A DNA stretch of 51,752 nucleotides from the UHGV virus genome UHGV-0020692. One strand, given 5' to 3'. The notes beneath the pieces were generated by a model that had not been told where the DNA came from, made no database searches, and saw nothing but the letters and a program-made list of their open reading frames with translations. Positions 9,105 to 17,838 of this stretch are shown in pieces. How positions within the stretch are numbered: position 1 is the stretch's first letter; the number at the start of each line of letters is the position of its first letter. This DNA is from a virus. The position numbers and the translations under genes are program-made.

Positions 9105-9551
9105 TTAGATGACGGCGGGCGTCCATTTTTCAAACGTGATGGTGTAGGCCGTGGCCTGGAGCGTCTTGTTGGCGCCGGGCATGGGCGGAGCGCTGGTGAT
9201 GGCCCCGCGCATGCCGATATATTTACGGCCGATGCCGGGCAGCGCGAACTCGGCACTGCACACCATGACCTCGCGTTTCGCGTCCTGATAGGTCACCCAG
9301 TCGTCCATGATCTGACGGCTCGGGCTATCGGCCGCCAGCGTGACCGTCACGGCCTTGGATGTGGGGGTCCAGCCGAACGACAGGTGACCATCCACGCCCA
9401 TTTCCGCCACCACCGGCGTGATGGCCTCGCCGCTCACCATGGCGTCAGTGCTGTAGCCCTCGATCTTGACCGGGCTGTTGTAGAGGCCGGGCACGGTCAG
9501 GTAGAACGTGCTATTGGCCGCCGTGATGGTCTGGTTTCCCTGGTTGTCCAT
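9105..9551 (-). CDS. Tail tube protein
   Basis: RBS AGGAGG then ATG at 9551. 148 aa. Directly after the sheath gene. Confidence 0.75.
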   Translation of the reverse strand: MDNQGNQTITAANSTFYLTVPGLYNSPVKIEGYSTDAMVSGEAITPVVAEMGVDGHLSFGWTPTSKAVTVTLAADSPSRQIMDDWVTYQDAKREVMVCSAEFALPGIGRKYIGMRGAITSAPPMPGANKTLQATAYTITFEKWTPAVI

Positions 9552-9561
9552 GTCGCTCCTC

Positions 9562-11439
9562 CTACTGGATGGCCGTGGCGCTCATCACGATCTTCTGGAT
9601 GCTGCCGCCATCCATGTAATAAAACGCGCAGTTGGGGGACTGGCGCTCCCCGCGGATGACAGCGCCGGGGTCCGTGATCTGCATAAACCAGCCGGAGCTC
9701 TCCAGCGTCTGGCTCACGTCCTTGCCGATCTCCTGCAACAGCTGCACTTTCTGCGTCTGGCTCAGACTGATTCCCGTCCGGATGGCCCCGAAGTTGATGA
9801 ACCGGTTGATGGTATCCAGGCAGGCGGTGCGGACGCTGGCGTAGCCGTCCTCGTTGTAGGGCAGGCTGCGCACGGCGGCGAACAGATCCAGGATGTTGAG
9901 CTGGAGCGCGTCTTTCAAGGCAATGGCGTTGCAGTAGGTGTCCAGCCAGTCGAACTTGCCGGACACCTGGCCGTTCTGGAAAAATTTGAACTGGGCCGAG
10001 GCTGTGGCGAAATCCGCGTAGCAGTTGTAGCCGTTGGCGATCAGGGCGTCGTAGTCCCCGTCATCGTCGCAGGTGACGGCCACGCCCTCGAACTGGCGGA
10101 ATGCCAACGTCGTGCGGCCCTCGCGCTGGTCGAAGTTGAGGCAGGCAATGGCGCCCATGACGCCCGCGGCCACGTCCAGCGTGTTCCAGACGCAGCAGGT
10201 GCCGTCCAGTTCCAGCGTGTGGGTGATGGCGTAGCCGGCGCTGGCGGTGCTGCCCTGGACGCGGGCCGTGTTGTCGGTGTCCCACATGGCATAGACGAAG
10301 CGGGTGTCATGCCCGGAGCACCAGGTCGCCAGCTCCAGCTTTTCGGCGCGCTCCGGCTCCCAGATGGTGGAGAACGAGACCCAGTCCCGGGCGGACTTGA
10401 GCACGCCTGTCAGGCAGTCCGTGAGGCTCTGGCCGTCCGTGCCCTCGCTCTGCACGGCCCCCAGCTGCTCGGTCAGGTTGAGCACCCGGGAAAGATCCGT
10501 GCCGCTGCCCGCGCTCTGGCCGTAGGCCACGGCGGACGCGCTGCCCGTCTCCCCGGACGTGATCTGAAATGCCTGCGTCTGGGAGCTGTAGGTCACGACG
10601 GGAGCCTTGGGCTGATAGGCGGCCGTGCCCGCTATGCTGACGGCGCCGCTATCCTGCGTGAGGCCCAGGGCTTCCGCGAGATCGGCCACGCCGCCGGTGG
10701 GCTCGGGGTCCGAGGCATAGGAGACGGTGGAGCTCGCGCCCGTGGTGACGGACGTGATGACCAGAGAGCTGCCGGAGACCGTGACCGTGGCCTTGCCGCT
10801 CAGGGCCGTGGTGAGCACCCCGGCCACGTCCGTCAGGCTGGCGACACTGGAGAAATTGAGATCGACCAAATGTTGCTCGGCGCCGTCCACACTGAGGTCC
10901 AGCTTGCCCGCACTGACGGCTTTAAGGGGCTCCACGTTCGTCACGGGGCCGCCGGTCAGTTTGCCCGCCGTGGCCTCGATCTCCGCCGTTTGGGAGAGGG
11001 CCGTCTGCAAACGCTGGGCGCAGTCGCTCGGGCTGGTGGCCGTGTAGAAGTCCACGCCGTTGGCCGTGCGCTCGATGCCGTCGATGGTGATTTTCAGGGT
11101 GCCGTCGCGCACCAGCTTGAGATCGGCCAGCGTGCCCTCATAGGCCGCACCGCGCAGCCACGCGGCGGCCGCCGTCGCCCGGTACGGGGCGAACAGCAGG
11201 AAGCCGGGGAGATACTGCGTGTTGGTGTAGCCCTGGAAATAGATCCGCGCGGCCCGGGCCTCGTCGGTCTCGGAGCCGAAATAGTCCGCCACGGCCTGGG
11301 CGCCGGCGAACTGGAGCACGCGCCCGGTGGGCGGCAGCTCGCTTTGTGTCAGGATCAGGCCGGAGAAAGTGAGGCCGGACGTGCCCGCGTCGATGACGCG
11401 CGGGACGATCTGCACCAGTTTGTCGGCATTGACGCTCAT
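9562..11439 (-). CDS. Contractile tail sheath protein (extended, 625 aa)
   Basis: RBS AGGAGG then ATG. Conserved sheath-like N- and C-terminal regions with a Thr/Ser/Gly-rich insert. Confidence 0.8.
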   Translation of the reverse strand: MSVNADKLVQIVPRVIDAGTSGLTFSGLILTQSELPPTGRVLQFAGAQAVADYFGSETDEARAARIYFQGYTNTQYLPGFLLFAPYRATAAAAWLRGAAYEGTLADLKLVRDGTLKITIDGIERTANGVDFYTATSPSDCAQRLQTALSQTAEIEATAGKLTGGPVTNVEPLKAVSAGKLDLSVDGAEQHLVDLNFSSVASLTDVAGVLTTALSGKATVTVSGSSLVITSVTTGASSTVSYASDPEPTGGVADLAEALGLTQDSGAVSIAGTAAYQPKAPVVTYSSQTQAFQITSGETGSASAVAYGQSAGSGTDLSRVLNLTEQLGAVQSEGTDGQSLTDCLTGVLKSARDWVSFSTIWEPERAEKLELATWCSGHDTRFVYAMWDTDNTARVQGSTASAGYAITHTLELDGTCCVWNTLDVAAGVMGAIACLNFDQREGRTTLAFRQFEGVAVTCDDDGDYDALIANGYNCYADFATASAQFKFFQNGQVSGKFDWLDTYCNAIALKDALQLNILDLFAAVRSLPYNEDGYASVRTACLDTINRFINFGAIRTGISLSQTQKVQLLQEIGKDVSQTLESSGWFMQITDPGAVIRGERQSPNCAFYYMDGGSIQKIVMSATAIQ

Positions 11440-11448
11440 GTGCGCCTC

Positions 11449-11994
11449 CTACGCCTGCGGATGCAGGCCCAAGTTGACGTTGTCGAAAAAATCCAGTTCC
11501 ACGGTCACGCCCGAGAACTCCGGTCCCGGCTGGAGCTCCAGCTCCAACATCCAGCGCGGCTCCGCCTGCTCGTTGCCCGCCATGCCGGTGAGCTCCTGCG
11601 GATCCGTGACCGTGAGGGGCGTCAGGCCGTAGGGTTTGAAAAAATCGCACCCCGTCATGTCCTGCGCCAGCGTCGCCACGGCCTGGGCCTGCGCCTGGGC
11701 ATCCGGCCCGTAAAAATCCACCTGCACACGGCGGCTCATGGAGCGTGCCACCGTGACCCGGCCCCGGCCGTCCTCTCCGGGGCTGTAGCTCCGGGACGTG
11801 GTGGCGTGCCAGGTGGCGGAGAACGGCGTCACCACGATATGGGCGGACGGCGGGCGGCTGACGGCGTTGGTCCAGCCCCGCACGATGGGCAGACCGGCCC
11901 CCACGCACCAGCGGCAAAAATCCCCCACGGCCTTGACCAGCGCGGCGTCCAGCGGCGTGACGACGGGCTGCGTGCCCGTATCTAGCCCGGCCAT
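11449..11994 (-). CDS. Phage tail-completion / virion protein (Mu gp38, DUF1834-like?)
   Basis: RBS GGAGAGG then ATG at 11994. Position just before the sheath. Confidence 0.4.
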   Translation of the reverse strand: MAGLDTGTQPVVTPLDAALVKAVGDFCRWCVGAGLPIVRGWTNAVSRPPSAHIVVTPFSATWHATTSRSYSPGEDGRGRVTVARSMSRRVQVDFYGPDAQAQAQAVATLAQDMTGCDFFKPYGLTPLTVTDPQELTGMAGNEQAEPRWMLELELQPGPEFSGVTVELDFFDNVNLGLHPQA

Positions 11995-12419
11995 GCGGGC
12001 ACCTCTCCGGGGCGCTCCGTGGCCCCGGTCTCCGGCGGGGTGGTGGCCCGGACCTGGATGCAGCGGACCTTCGTCCAGCCCGCCGTGGCGTTCCATGCCT
12101 CCAGCACCTGGTCCACCTGCCACTCGAAGCCCTCGAAATAGAGCATGTCGCCGCCCTGTGCCGTGGCGCGCTCCAGGCCCGTCACGGGGCCGTAGAGGTA
12201 ACAGTCGCGCCAGATGCCGTTACGGCGGGCCTGGAGCAGCCATTGCAGGACCTTGTCCGGCACGGGCTGCACCTGGGCCGGGACGGACACCGCCGGATGC
12301 CACAGGGGGCGCTGCGTGTAATCCTCTCCCTGGGCCTGCCCGGCGCTCGCCAGCAGGATGACCGCCTGATCGGGATTGACCGTGGTAACGGCGTTGCGAA
12401 CGATGGCGTGCAGATTCAT
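11982..12419 (-). CDS. Hypothetical phage head-tail protein (145 aa)
   Basis: TAATG overlap with the upstream gene. Position in the head-tail joining block. Confidence 0.45.
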   Translation of the reverse strand: MNLHAIVRNAVTTVNPDQAVILLASAGQAQGEDYTQRPLWHPAVSVPAQVQPVPDKVLQWLLQARRNGIWRDCYLYGPVTGLERATAQGGDMLYFEGFEWQVDQVLEAWNATAGWTKVRCIQVRATTPPETGATERPGEVPAWPG

Positions 12420-12883
12420 TACCTGCGGACCTCATAGTCGATGGAGCTCAACAGGGAGCCGGTATCAATGAGAGTGCCGGGAACCATGCTTTCCCCCTTG
12501 GCTCCGCCATCCACTTTTTTGCTTTTCTGCTCGATTGTGGCCTCGGAATTTTTTGGGGGCATATTGCTCTTGATAGTGGCCTGAATGTCTTCAGCCATGC
12601 GGGTCCCCACAAGCTGGAAGGCCCCGGCGGGGGAATATCCGGCCTCAACAGCCTTTCCCAAATTGTCGGCCCATTCCCCCGCTTTTTCGTCGAAGGTCTG
12701 GCGTAAAAAGGGACGTGAGGGGATTCTGTTGGTGCCGAACTCGTTGTGCGCCGCATATTCCGCGACGGACTCCCCTGTTTCGCGGTTGGTTGCGCCTTCC
12801 AAGACCCCGGCAATGACGCTTTCTTCGCCGTGACAGTATTCCTCCAGTCCCAGCTCCTCCCACAGGTCAATGCCGTCCTCCAT
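12419..12883 (-). CDS. Head-tail joining protein, HK97 gp10-like family
   Basis: RBS GGGGGTAA then ATG at 12883. Motifs AHNEFGTNRIPSRPFLR. Confidence 0.55.
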   Translation of the reverse strand: MEDGIDLWEELGLEEYCHGEESVIAGVLEGATNRETGESVAEYAAHNEFGTNRIPSRPFLRQTFDEKAGEWADNLGKAVEAGYSPAGAFQLVGTRMAEDIQATIKSNMPPKNSEATIEQKSKKVDGGAKGESMVPGTLIDTGSLLSSIDYEVRR

Positions 12884-12885
12884 GA

Positions 12886-13302
12886 TTACCCCCAAGGGTG
12901 ATAGTAACGGGCCGGGAAATAACGTCCGCCGGACAGGTAACGCTGGATTGCTTGCCAGAAGGTCTGTCCGCAGGGCGTATTCTGGAAATATTGGCCGTTA
13001 AGATGCGCCGGGATGGAAAATCCCACGGACACACTGCCCTGTGTTGCATTGCTCATGGGGCCGGATTGCCCGGCTGGCCACAGGGCCATAGTCGCCAAGT
13101 GGCAAACCAACAGATAGAGGAGCGTACGCCGGACAAAAACATCCTTGTCCGGGTCGTAGGGGACAGGGCTGGCGTTGGTGTTATCCAGAATGAGGCAAGC
13201 CACATCAAATGCCTGCCGCAATTCGGCGTCCGAGATGATACCCTGCGTAAAGCGCGGATACATGGCCCGGAACTGCTGCGGATCGAACACCACAACAGCC
13301 AT
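12886..13302 (-). CDS. Hypothetical phage protein (DUF4054-like?)
   Basis: ATG at 13302 (MAVVVFDPQQF) with RBS GGGGAA. Confidence 0.45.
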   Translation of the reverse strand: MAVVVFDPQQFRAMYPRFTQGIISDAELRQAFDVACLILDNTNASPVPYDPDKDVFVRRTLLYLLVCHLATMALWPAGQSGPMSNATQGSVSVGFSIPAHLNGQYFQNTPCGQTFWQAIQRYLSGGRYFPARYYHPWG

Positions 13303-13304
13303 AG

Positions 13305-13745
13305 CTATTCCCCGGCGGCCTTGGCGGCTTCGGTGTGGGCTCCCCTGAACGGCTCCAGCCCGTGACGGGTGTCGGCATGATCCCGGGTCTGGGCCAGTAC
13401 GTTGGAACGGGAAGATTGGGCGAAAATCCGCCCGGAAGCAAAAAGCTTCGTATCGCCGTATCGGCGCACGATTTCTTCCCAATCTTCTGCGGGGATGGTG
13501 GTCAGACCAAAAGCTCCGCCGGTGGGCAGCTCTCCCATTTCCTTGCCACGCAGGTGAACGGCGTTGCCAAAGATTTCCACCCTGCGCCCGTCACCCAGGA
13601 TAAACTTGATTCCTTGGGCGCGGTTGAGGGCTACGGTCACCGTGCCCTTCCCGGTCGCGGCAGGAGCCATGTCCTCAGCCGCCGTGGACGTGGGCGCATT
13701 GGCGGCCTTGTCGATTTTGCGATTGTTTTTCTTGCTCTGTGCCAT
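13305..13745 (-). CDS. Hypothetical phage protein; first gene of the tail/joining operon
   Basis: 146 aa ORF with a ~180 bp upstream intergenic region that carries the conserved 15-mer. Confidence 0.5.
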   Translation of the reverse strand: MAQSKKNNRKIDKAANAPTSTAAEDMAPAATGKGTVTVALNRAQGIKFILGDGRRVEIFGNAVHLRGKEMGELPTGGAFGLTTIPAEDWEEIVRRYGDTKLFASGRIFAQSSRSNVLAQTRDHADTRHGLEPFRGAHTEAAKAAGE

Positions 13746-13860
13746 GGAGCCCCCATGTCTGGATATGTCAGACGGGCATGGATGCCGTCTGCAATTTTGG
13801 GGCTAGTATAGCACATCACGCGGTAACGGCAACCATATGAAAAGTTTGTCAAAACTTGTT

Positions 13861-13875
13861 AAAGTTCGTAAAGCG
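13861..13875 (+). promoter_or_regulatory. Conserved 15-mer AAAGTTCGTAAAGCG (copy 1) within a ~45-bp element that also has TTTGTC
   Basis: 14 of 15 identical to 27808..27822. Both sit at divergent junctions at the head of minus-strand late operons. Confidence 0.4.
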
Positions 13876-13929
13876 TTGCGAAGGGAGGTGAAAGTTGCTT
13901 AAATGAGGGAAAAATAGGGAGGCAATACT

Positions 13930-15024
13930 ATGGATTTTTCTGAAAAAATCGCAGAGCTGACTAAAAAAGTACGGAATATCGGGGACATACTGGGGACGGA
14001 AGAGGCCACGAAAAACGCACTGGTGATGCCGTTCATTGCAGCCCTTGGTTACGACGTATTCAATCCCGACGAAGTGGTGCCGGAATTTTCGGCCCCTATC
14101 GGTGAGTACAAAGACGCTCGTGTTGATTACGCCATCCTCGCTGACGGGAAGCCGATCCTGTTGATTGAGTGCAAGGCTTTCGGCACCGCACTGGACACCA
14201 AGCAATGCAACCAGCTTCAGTTGTATTTCCACGGTACGGAAGCCCCCATTGCCATCCTGACGGACGGGAACCGCTACCGCTTCTACTCCGACCTCGAAGA
14301 CACCAACCGCATGGACAGCAAGCCCTATATGGAATTTTGCCTGTCCGATATGGACGAAACGCTCATCCCCGAGCTGCGCAAGCTGGCCAAGGGCAAGTTT
14401 GACCGCGATGCCTGCCTGAGCGCGGCCAACGAGCTGAAATACAACCGCGAGTTCAAGCGCATCATGGCCGAACAGATGGACAGTCCTCACGAGGATTTTG
14501 CCCGTTTCTTCATCAGCCAGTCCTATGACGGCATGATCACCCAGAAAGTCCGCGAACGGTTTACGCCGATCCTCGTGGCCGCGCTGGATCAGTTCATCAA
14601 TGACCGCATCAATGAACGCCTCAAAAGTGCCATGACCCAGCGGCCGGAAGCCCCTGAAAGCCTGCCTGCGGATCTTCCTGAAGAGGCTCAAGAAAAACCG
14701 GTCGCCTCCAATATCGTGACCACGGAGGAAGAGCTGGAAGCCTTCTACCTGGTCAAATCGCTGCTTATGGGCATAGTGGACGCCGAACGCATCAAGCTCC
14801 AGGACTGGCAGGCATACTGCAATATCGTCCTCGACGGCCGGTTCAAGCCCCTGCTGCGCCTGCACTTTAACAAACGGCCCTGGTTCGTCGGTCTGTTCGA
14901 CGGGGAGAACAAGGACGCCAAGGTGCAAATCGACAAGCTGGACGACATTCTGCCCCTGGGCGACCGTATCCGCGCCACGGCCGTGCAGTATGACGCCGCG
15001 AAAAAAGTAAAGGAGGGAGAATAG
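13930..15024 (+). CDS. HsdR_N-like / PD-(D/E)XK nuclease-fold protein (type I restriction R N-terminal domain family), stand-alone
   Basis: RBS GGGAGG then ATG. Motif VDYAIL...ILLIECK. Lower GC than the flanks. Confidence 0.6.
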   Translation: MDFSEKIAELTKKVRNIGDILGTEEATKNALVMPFIAALGYDVFNPDEVVPEFSAPIGEYKDARVDYAILADGKPILLIECKAFGTALDTKQCNQLQLYFHGTEAPIAILTDGNRYRFYSDLEDTNRMDSKPYMEFCLSDMDETLIPELRKLAKGKFDRDACLSAANELKYNREFKRIMAEQMDSPHEDFARFFISQSYDGMITQKVRERFTPILVAALDQFINDRINERLKSAMTQRPEAPESLPADLPEEAQEKPVASNIVTTEEELEAFYLVKSLLMGIVDAERIKLQDWQAYCNIVLDGRFKPLLRLHFNKRPWFVGLFDGENKDAKVQIDKLDDILPLGDRIRATAVQYDAAKKVKEGE

Positions 15025-15026
15025 AG

Positions 15027-15725
15027 ATGGCGTCATATCTTCGTTTGTTTTTTCTGCCTGCAATCCTCGCCGTGCTATTGGCGGCGTCAGTATCCCATGC
15101 CGGAAGGCTTGACGGGGCGGCTACGGCCATCTCCATCCCGGAGCGCTACACGTTACTGATCGCAGTCATCCCCAAGGGAGAGCAGCTTTCCCAAAACGAG
15201 GAAGCGGCTATCAAGACGGAAATGGAAGCTCAACGGGAAAAGCTGAATGTGGCCCAGCTGCAGGTAGCTTTTTATGCGGAAGGCACCACATACGGCGACG
15301 GGGTCGTCGCTTTCGCAGTCTCGGCAACAGACCTTAATCCTGAATGGGGAATCGTCTTTCCCGAAGATGATGCTCAAGCCAAAAAAATAGAACGCATGTT
15401 GGGGTATGACTGCCAACCAAAAGATCTGTGGCAAGCCTTTGAAGATAATGAGGTAGTGGCCGAGGAGGATTTCAAGGGCAAGCCTGTTGTGATCTACGGG
15501 AAGTGCAAAGGTGTGGCAAAAGACGCATTCGGCAAGATTTATGTCCATATCCCTGTGGATAAAACAGGCCTGTTCGGTATCCAGGTTTACCTGAAAAAGG
15601 ATGACCCGATGTTGCGCCAGCTCAAGAAGGGGGACGCCGTGGGCCTGCGCATACTTCCCCAGCGCTATGTAGCAAAATCCGTACTAGCCGATGGAGAAAT
15701 TTTGACTATCAAACCCAACAAGTAA
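15027..15725 (+). CDS. Secreted protein with a signal peptide, possibly an OB-fold C-terminal domain
   Basis: N-terminal hydrophobic signal (LFFLPAILAVLLAASVSHA). RBS AAGGAGGGAG. Confidence 0.55.
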   Translation: MASYLRLFFLPAILAVLLAASVSHAGRLDGAATAISIPERYTLLIAVIPKGEQLSQNEEAAIKTEMEAQREKLNVAQLQVAFYAEGTTYGDGVVAFAVSATDLNPEWGIVFPEDDAQAKKIERMLGYDCQPKDLWQAFEDNEVVAEEDFKGKPVVIYGKCKGVAKDAFGKIYVHIPVDKTGLFGIQVYLKKDDPMLRQLKKGDAVGLRILPQRYVAKSVLADGEILTIKPNK

Positions 15726-15830
15726 GAAGCATAGGGATGGCACTGTGACTATACAGAGCCTTCCCAGGCATAGGCTCGTCTGACTATTTCCTACGCCCCC
15801 GCTCCGGCGGGGGCTTTTTGCGAGAAGATA

Positions 15831-16580
15831 ATGCAAAAAATCAAGGCACTTTTTATTGCTGCTACCCTGCTTTTTAGTGTAGCCAGCCTAGCCACCGCCG
15901 CCGGTAACGAGACAAACGACAGCTTCTCAAAGGCTAAAAAGATGCTGGAGCAACAGGTCTACTTTGACCACCGGGTCACGGTCTATTGTTGGGCCCCGTT
16001 CGATGAAAAGAAAAACATCGACTTGCCTGTAGGGTTCGCGACGGACAAACACCAAAAACGTGCTCGCAAGGTCGAATGGGAGCACGCTGTCCCCGCTGAA
16101 AACTTCGGTCGTGCCTTCGTGGAATGGCGGGAGGGACATCCTCAGTGCGTGAGCAAGGGGAGGGCGTTCAAAGGGCGTAAGTGCGCTGAGAAGGTGAACA
16201 TGGAGTACCGCCACATGCAGGCGGATATGTACAACCTGTTCCCGGCTATCGGTGCTGTGAATGCTCTCCGCAGCAACAGGCAATATTCGGAGCTTCCCGG
16301 CTCTGTCTCGGCCTTTGGCTCCTGTGAGGCCAAGGTGGACGGGAACAGGTTCGAGCCTCCCGCCCGTTCAAAGGGGCAGGTAGCTCGCGCGGCCCTCTAC
16401 ATGGCGGACAGCTATAACAAGTACCGCCTCAGCCGACAGCAGGAGCAGCTCTTCCGTGCCTGGGACAAGATGTATCCTGTGGATCAGTGGGAGTGTACCC
16501 GCGCCAAACGGATAGAACGGCTCCAGGGCAATGAAAATCGATTCGTCAAGGAACCCTGCCAGCAAGCGGGGTTATGGTAA
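15831..16580 (+). CDS. endA: Secreted endonuclease I (EndA/NucM family periplasmic or extracellular DNase)
   Basis: Signal peptide. Motifs FSKAK, VEWEH(A/V)VPA, EPPAR..G..AR, LSRQQ..LF.AW.KMYPV..WEC.R..RI...QGN, as in E. coli endonuclease-1. Confidence 0.85.
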   Translation: MQKIKALFIAATLLFSVASLATAAGNETNDSFSKAKKMLEQQVYFDHRVTVYCWAPFDEKKNIDLPVGFATDKHQKRARKVEWEHAVPAENFGRAFVEWREGHPQCVSKGRAFKGRKCAEKVNMEYRHMQADMYNLFPAIGAVNALRSNRQYSELPGSVSAFGSCEAKVDGNRFEPPARSKGQVARAALYMADSYNKYRLSRQQEQLFRAWDKMYPVDQWECTRAKRIERLQGNENRFVKEPCQQAGLW

Positions 16581-16592
16581 AATCGCAGTAGG

Positions 16593-16619
16593 GGCGGCCT
16601 CCTGGCCGCCCTTCCCCTT
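16593..16619 (+). terminator. Hairpin GGCGGCC-tcct-GGCCGCC after endA (weak U-tract)
   Basis: 7-bp GC stem immediately after the endA stop. Confidence 0.35.
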
Positions 16620-16858
16620 GACATTTACCGCGTTTTGTGGCGTTGTCTTCACATGGAGCCTCAGAAACTCCGTAGCGACGGTCGCCATTCCGCTTGTCAA
16701 TGGCTTTTTTCGTGCCAGAAGTATGGTATTATTGCCATATTCAATATTGGCCGGGAGTAGGGTAGCAGTAATGCCCCTGCCGCACGCTACGCGGTTCTGA
16801 GCTCCCGGCCTTTTTTACGTCCTGCCAACGCCAATCAGAAACCGTAGCGAGGTTCATC

Positions 16859-17743
16859 ATGACACAGGCTTTGATTTTCAACGAAATCATCCTGTCCCCT
16901 GTCACCTATCAAAATAGCCTTTGGATTCGGGCTACCGAACTCGCCCGCGCTTTGGGATATTCCGATACTCGGAAGATTACCCACCTGTATGAGCGCAATG
17001 CTGACGAGTTCACACCGGAGATGACGCAAGTCATTGAAATAGCCGACGTGCCCGAAATGGGCACCTTGGAAAACCTCAGGCGCAAGGCCCGTATCTTCTC
17101 CCTTCGCGGCTGCCACCTCGTGGCGATGTTCGCCCGCACGCCTGTAGCCAAGACTTTCCGCCGCTGGGTGCTGGACGTGCTGGACAAGCTCGACGCCGAA
17201 CAGCGCGCCGCCTCTCCCTCCCCCACCCCCGACAACTTCACCGGCACCCTGTCCATCACGCCGTCCAGCACCGAAGACCGCAAGCCCCTGAGGGCGCTGG
17301 TAGGCTCGTGGGCGCAGGTCTCCGGCCTGCCCTTCGCCGCCTGCTGGAACCAGCTCAAGGCCGCCTTCAACCTCGCCAATATCAAGGAGCTGCCGCAGGA
17401 GTGGATACCGGACGCCATTGATTGGGTGCAAAAGCGTATCGACGCGCTGCCCGCTCCGGCCCCGGCCACGGCCCTGCCCTCCTCCACCGCATCCCCCGAT
17501 GACGTGGAAGGCCACCTTGCCGCCATCCGGGAGCATATCCGCCACATCCACCGCCACGAGGAAGCCCTGTTCCTGCTGGCCCGACGCTCCCTGCCGCCCG
17601 TCCGCAAGCCCGGCGACATGTTCAGCCCGGCCCGCCGCACAGGCCTGACCGCCTTCCAGAGCATGGAAGACTGCGCCGGTGCGCTGGATTACTCCCTGCG
17701 GGCCCTGGAATCCTCAGCCCGTACCATGCTGGCTATGAGATAA
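16859..17743 (+). CDS. Antirepressor-like protein with a BRO-N domain
   Basis: N-terminal IRATELARALGY Bro-N signature. Shares IFSLRGCHL.AMFARTPVAKAFR.WVLDVLD with 46057..46908. Confidence 0.6.
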   Translation: MTQALIFNEIILSPVTYQNSLWIRATELARALGYSDTRKITHLYERNADEFTPEMTQVIEIADVPEMGTLENLRRKARIFSLRGCHLVAMFARTPVAKTFRRWVLDVLDKLDAEQRAASPSPTPDNFTGTLSITPSSTEDRKPLRALVGSWAQVSGLPFAACWNQLKAAFNLANIKELPQEWIPDAIDWVQKRIDALPAPAPATALPSSTASPDDVEGHLAAIREHIRHIHRHEEALFLLARRSLPPVRKPGDMFSPARRTGLTAFQSMEDCAGALDYSLRALESSARTMLAMR

Positions 17744-17777
17744 GGCAGGACAATCGCCTGCCCCACCTGGGACAAAA

Positions 17778-17811
17778 AGCGCCCCGCCTTCACGATGGAG
17801 GACGGGGCGCT
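17778..17811. terminator. Bidirectional hairpin terminator between convergent antirepressor and capsid genes
   Basis: AGCGCCCCG ... CGGGGCGCT 9-bp stem with an A-run on the left flank. Confidence 0.5.
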
Positions 17812-17838
17812 CATGTAAGAGGGGGAGGGAGCTTCTGC

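Noticed and set aside
6846-9659. 937-aa plus-strand ORF antisense to the tape-measure, chaperone and tube genes
   Set aside because: Same GC-rich antisense artefact. Arg/Gly/His-rich, no start context, and it overlaps several well-supported minus-strand genes.
9508-11985. 825-aa plus-strand ORF antisense to the sheath gene
   Set aside because: Low-complexity (G/A/R/L) translation, no RBS. The sheath gene on the other strand is well supported.
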